From assembly GCF_009914755.1 (NCBI RefSeq), contig NC_060926.1: a stretch of 64,000 bases of DNA; one strand, written 5' to 3'. Under the pieces are notes generated by a model. That model searched no databases and was not told where the DNA came from. It worked only from the letters and a program-made list of their open reading frames with translations. Positions 63,015 to 64,000 of the stretch are shown here, piece by piece; within the stretch, counting starts at the first letter, position 1, and the number at the start of each line of letters is the position of its first letter. Position numbers and translations under genes: made by a program. Origin of the DNA: the human T2T-CHM13v2.0 reference genome, Homo sapiens.

Positions 63015-63310
63015 GACCAGGTGCGATGGCATGACACTTTGGGAGGCCGAGGCATGAGGATTCTTGAGCTCAGGAGTTCAAGACCAGCCTGGGCAACACA
63101 GCTAGACCTCTTCTCTATAAAAAATTTTAAAACTTAGCTGGATATGGTGGCAAACGCCTGTGGTCCCAGCTACTCAGGAGGCTGAGGAAGGAGGATCACT
63201 TGAGCCCAGGAGGTCAAGGCTACAGTGAGCCGTGGCCACGCTATTGCACTCCAGCCTAGGTGACAGAATGAGGCCCTGTCTCATTTAAGAGAAAATAAAA
63301 ATTAAAAGGA
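63015..63310 (+). mobile_element. Alu (J-like)
   Basis: Diverged dimer with A-rich tail. Confidence 0.85.
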
Positions 63311-63581
63311 GAATAAGAGTGTGTGTACTGTGGGTAGGTATTTGTGTAGGCATTGTCAACTCTCACTGTGACTCTCCTAAAAGCAATGAATGAGACTGTT
63401 TCTCAACAGACTCACCAAAATCAAACTATTGGATTTTTGCCATAAATTCACTTGTGTTCAGTGCCCTCTCCCCCAGGAAGCCTGCCCTGACCTCCAGAGT
63501 GTAAGCAAGCCCCTTCCCCTGTCCCCAGCACTCAAGGCTTCTCCTACACAGCGCCGTGTGCATTTGAGATGACTTACATAG

Positions 63582-63871
<290 letters not shown>

Positions 63872-64000
63872 AGTCCTTACTATTATTACTTCTTTACCAT
63901 TTGTCTACCACCAGGCTATTAGCTCCATGAGGGCAGGGACTGTGCCCCAGTTCTCAGTGCAGCATGGGCATGTCATAGATGCTGAGCACACCTTTGTCAT

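Overview
Human (or very close primate) genomic DNA, recognisable as the chr2q37.1 alkaline-phosphatase cluster. From left to right: the terminal exon and 3'UTR of a DIS3L2 pseudogene copy (DIS3L2P1-like); the complete intestinal alkaline phosphatase gene ALPI (+, 11 coding exons, 528 aa); about 15 kb of stacked transposon fossils (a degenerate hAT-Charlie transposase, an old near-full-length L1, many Alus); the complete ECEL1 gene (-, non-coding exon 1 plus 17 coding exons, 775 aa M13 zinc metallopeptidase); and about 23 kb upstream of ECEL1 with an orphan CpG island. I see no convincing new protein-coding system. The best unexplained signals are regulatory or structural: the orphan CpG island with twin perfect CREs, EGR motifs and a perfect minus-strand splice donor facing ECEL1; three STAT (GAS) motifs ~1.5 kb upstream of ECEL1; a uORF in the ECEL1 5'UTR; a 123-bp inverted duplication of apparently unique sequence; a telomere-type G4 motif near ALPI; and a templated 49-bp insertion in an Alu. 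Exon coordinates were read by hand and sum to intact frames. Repeat boundaries and subfamilies are approximate, and literature points are from recall and need checking.
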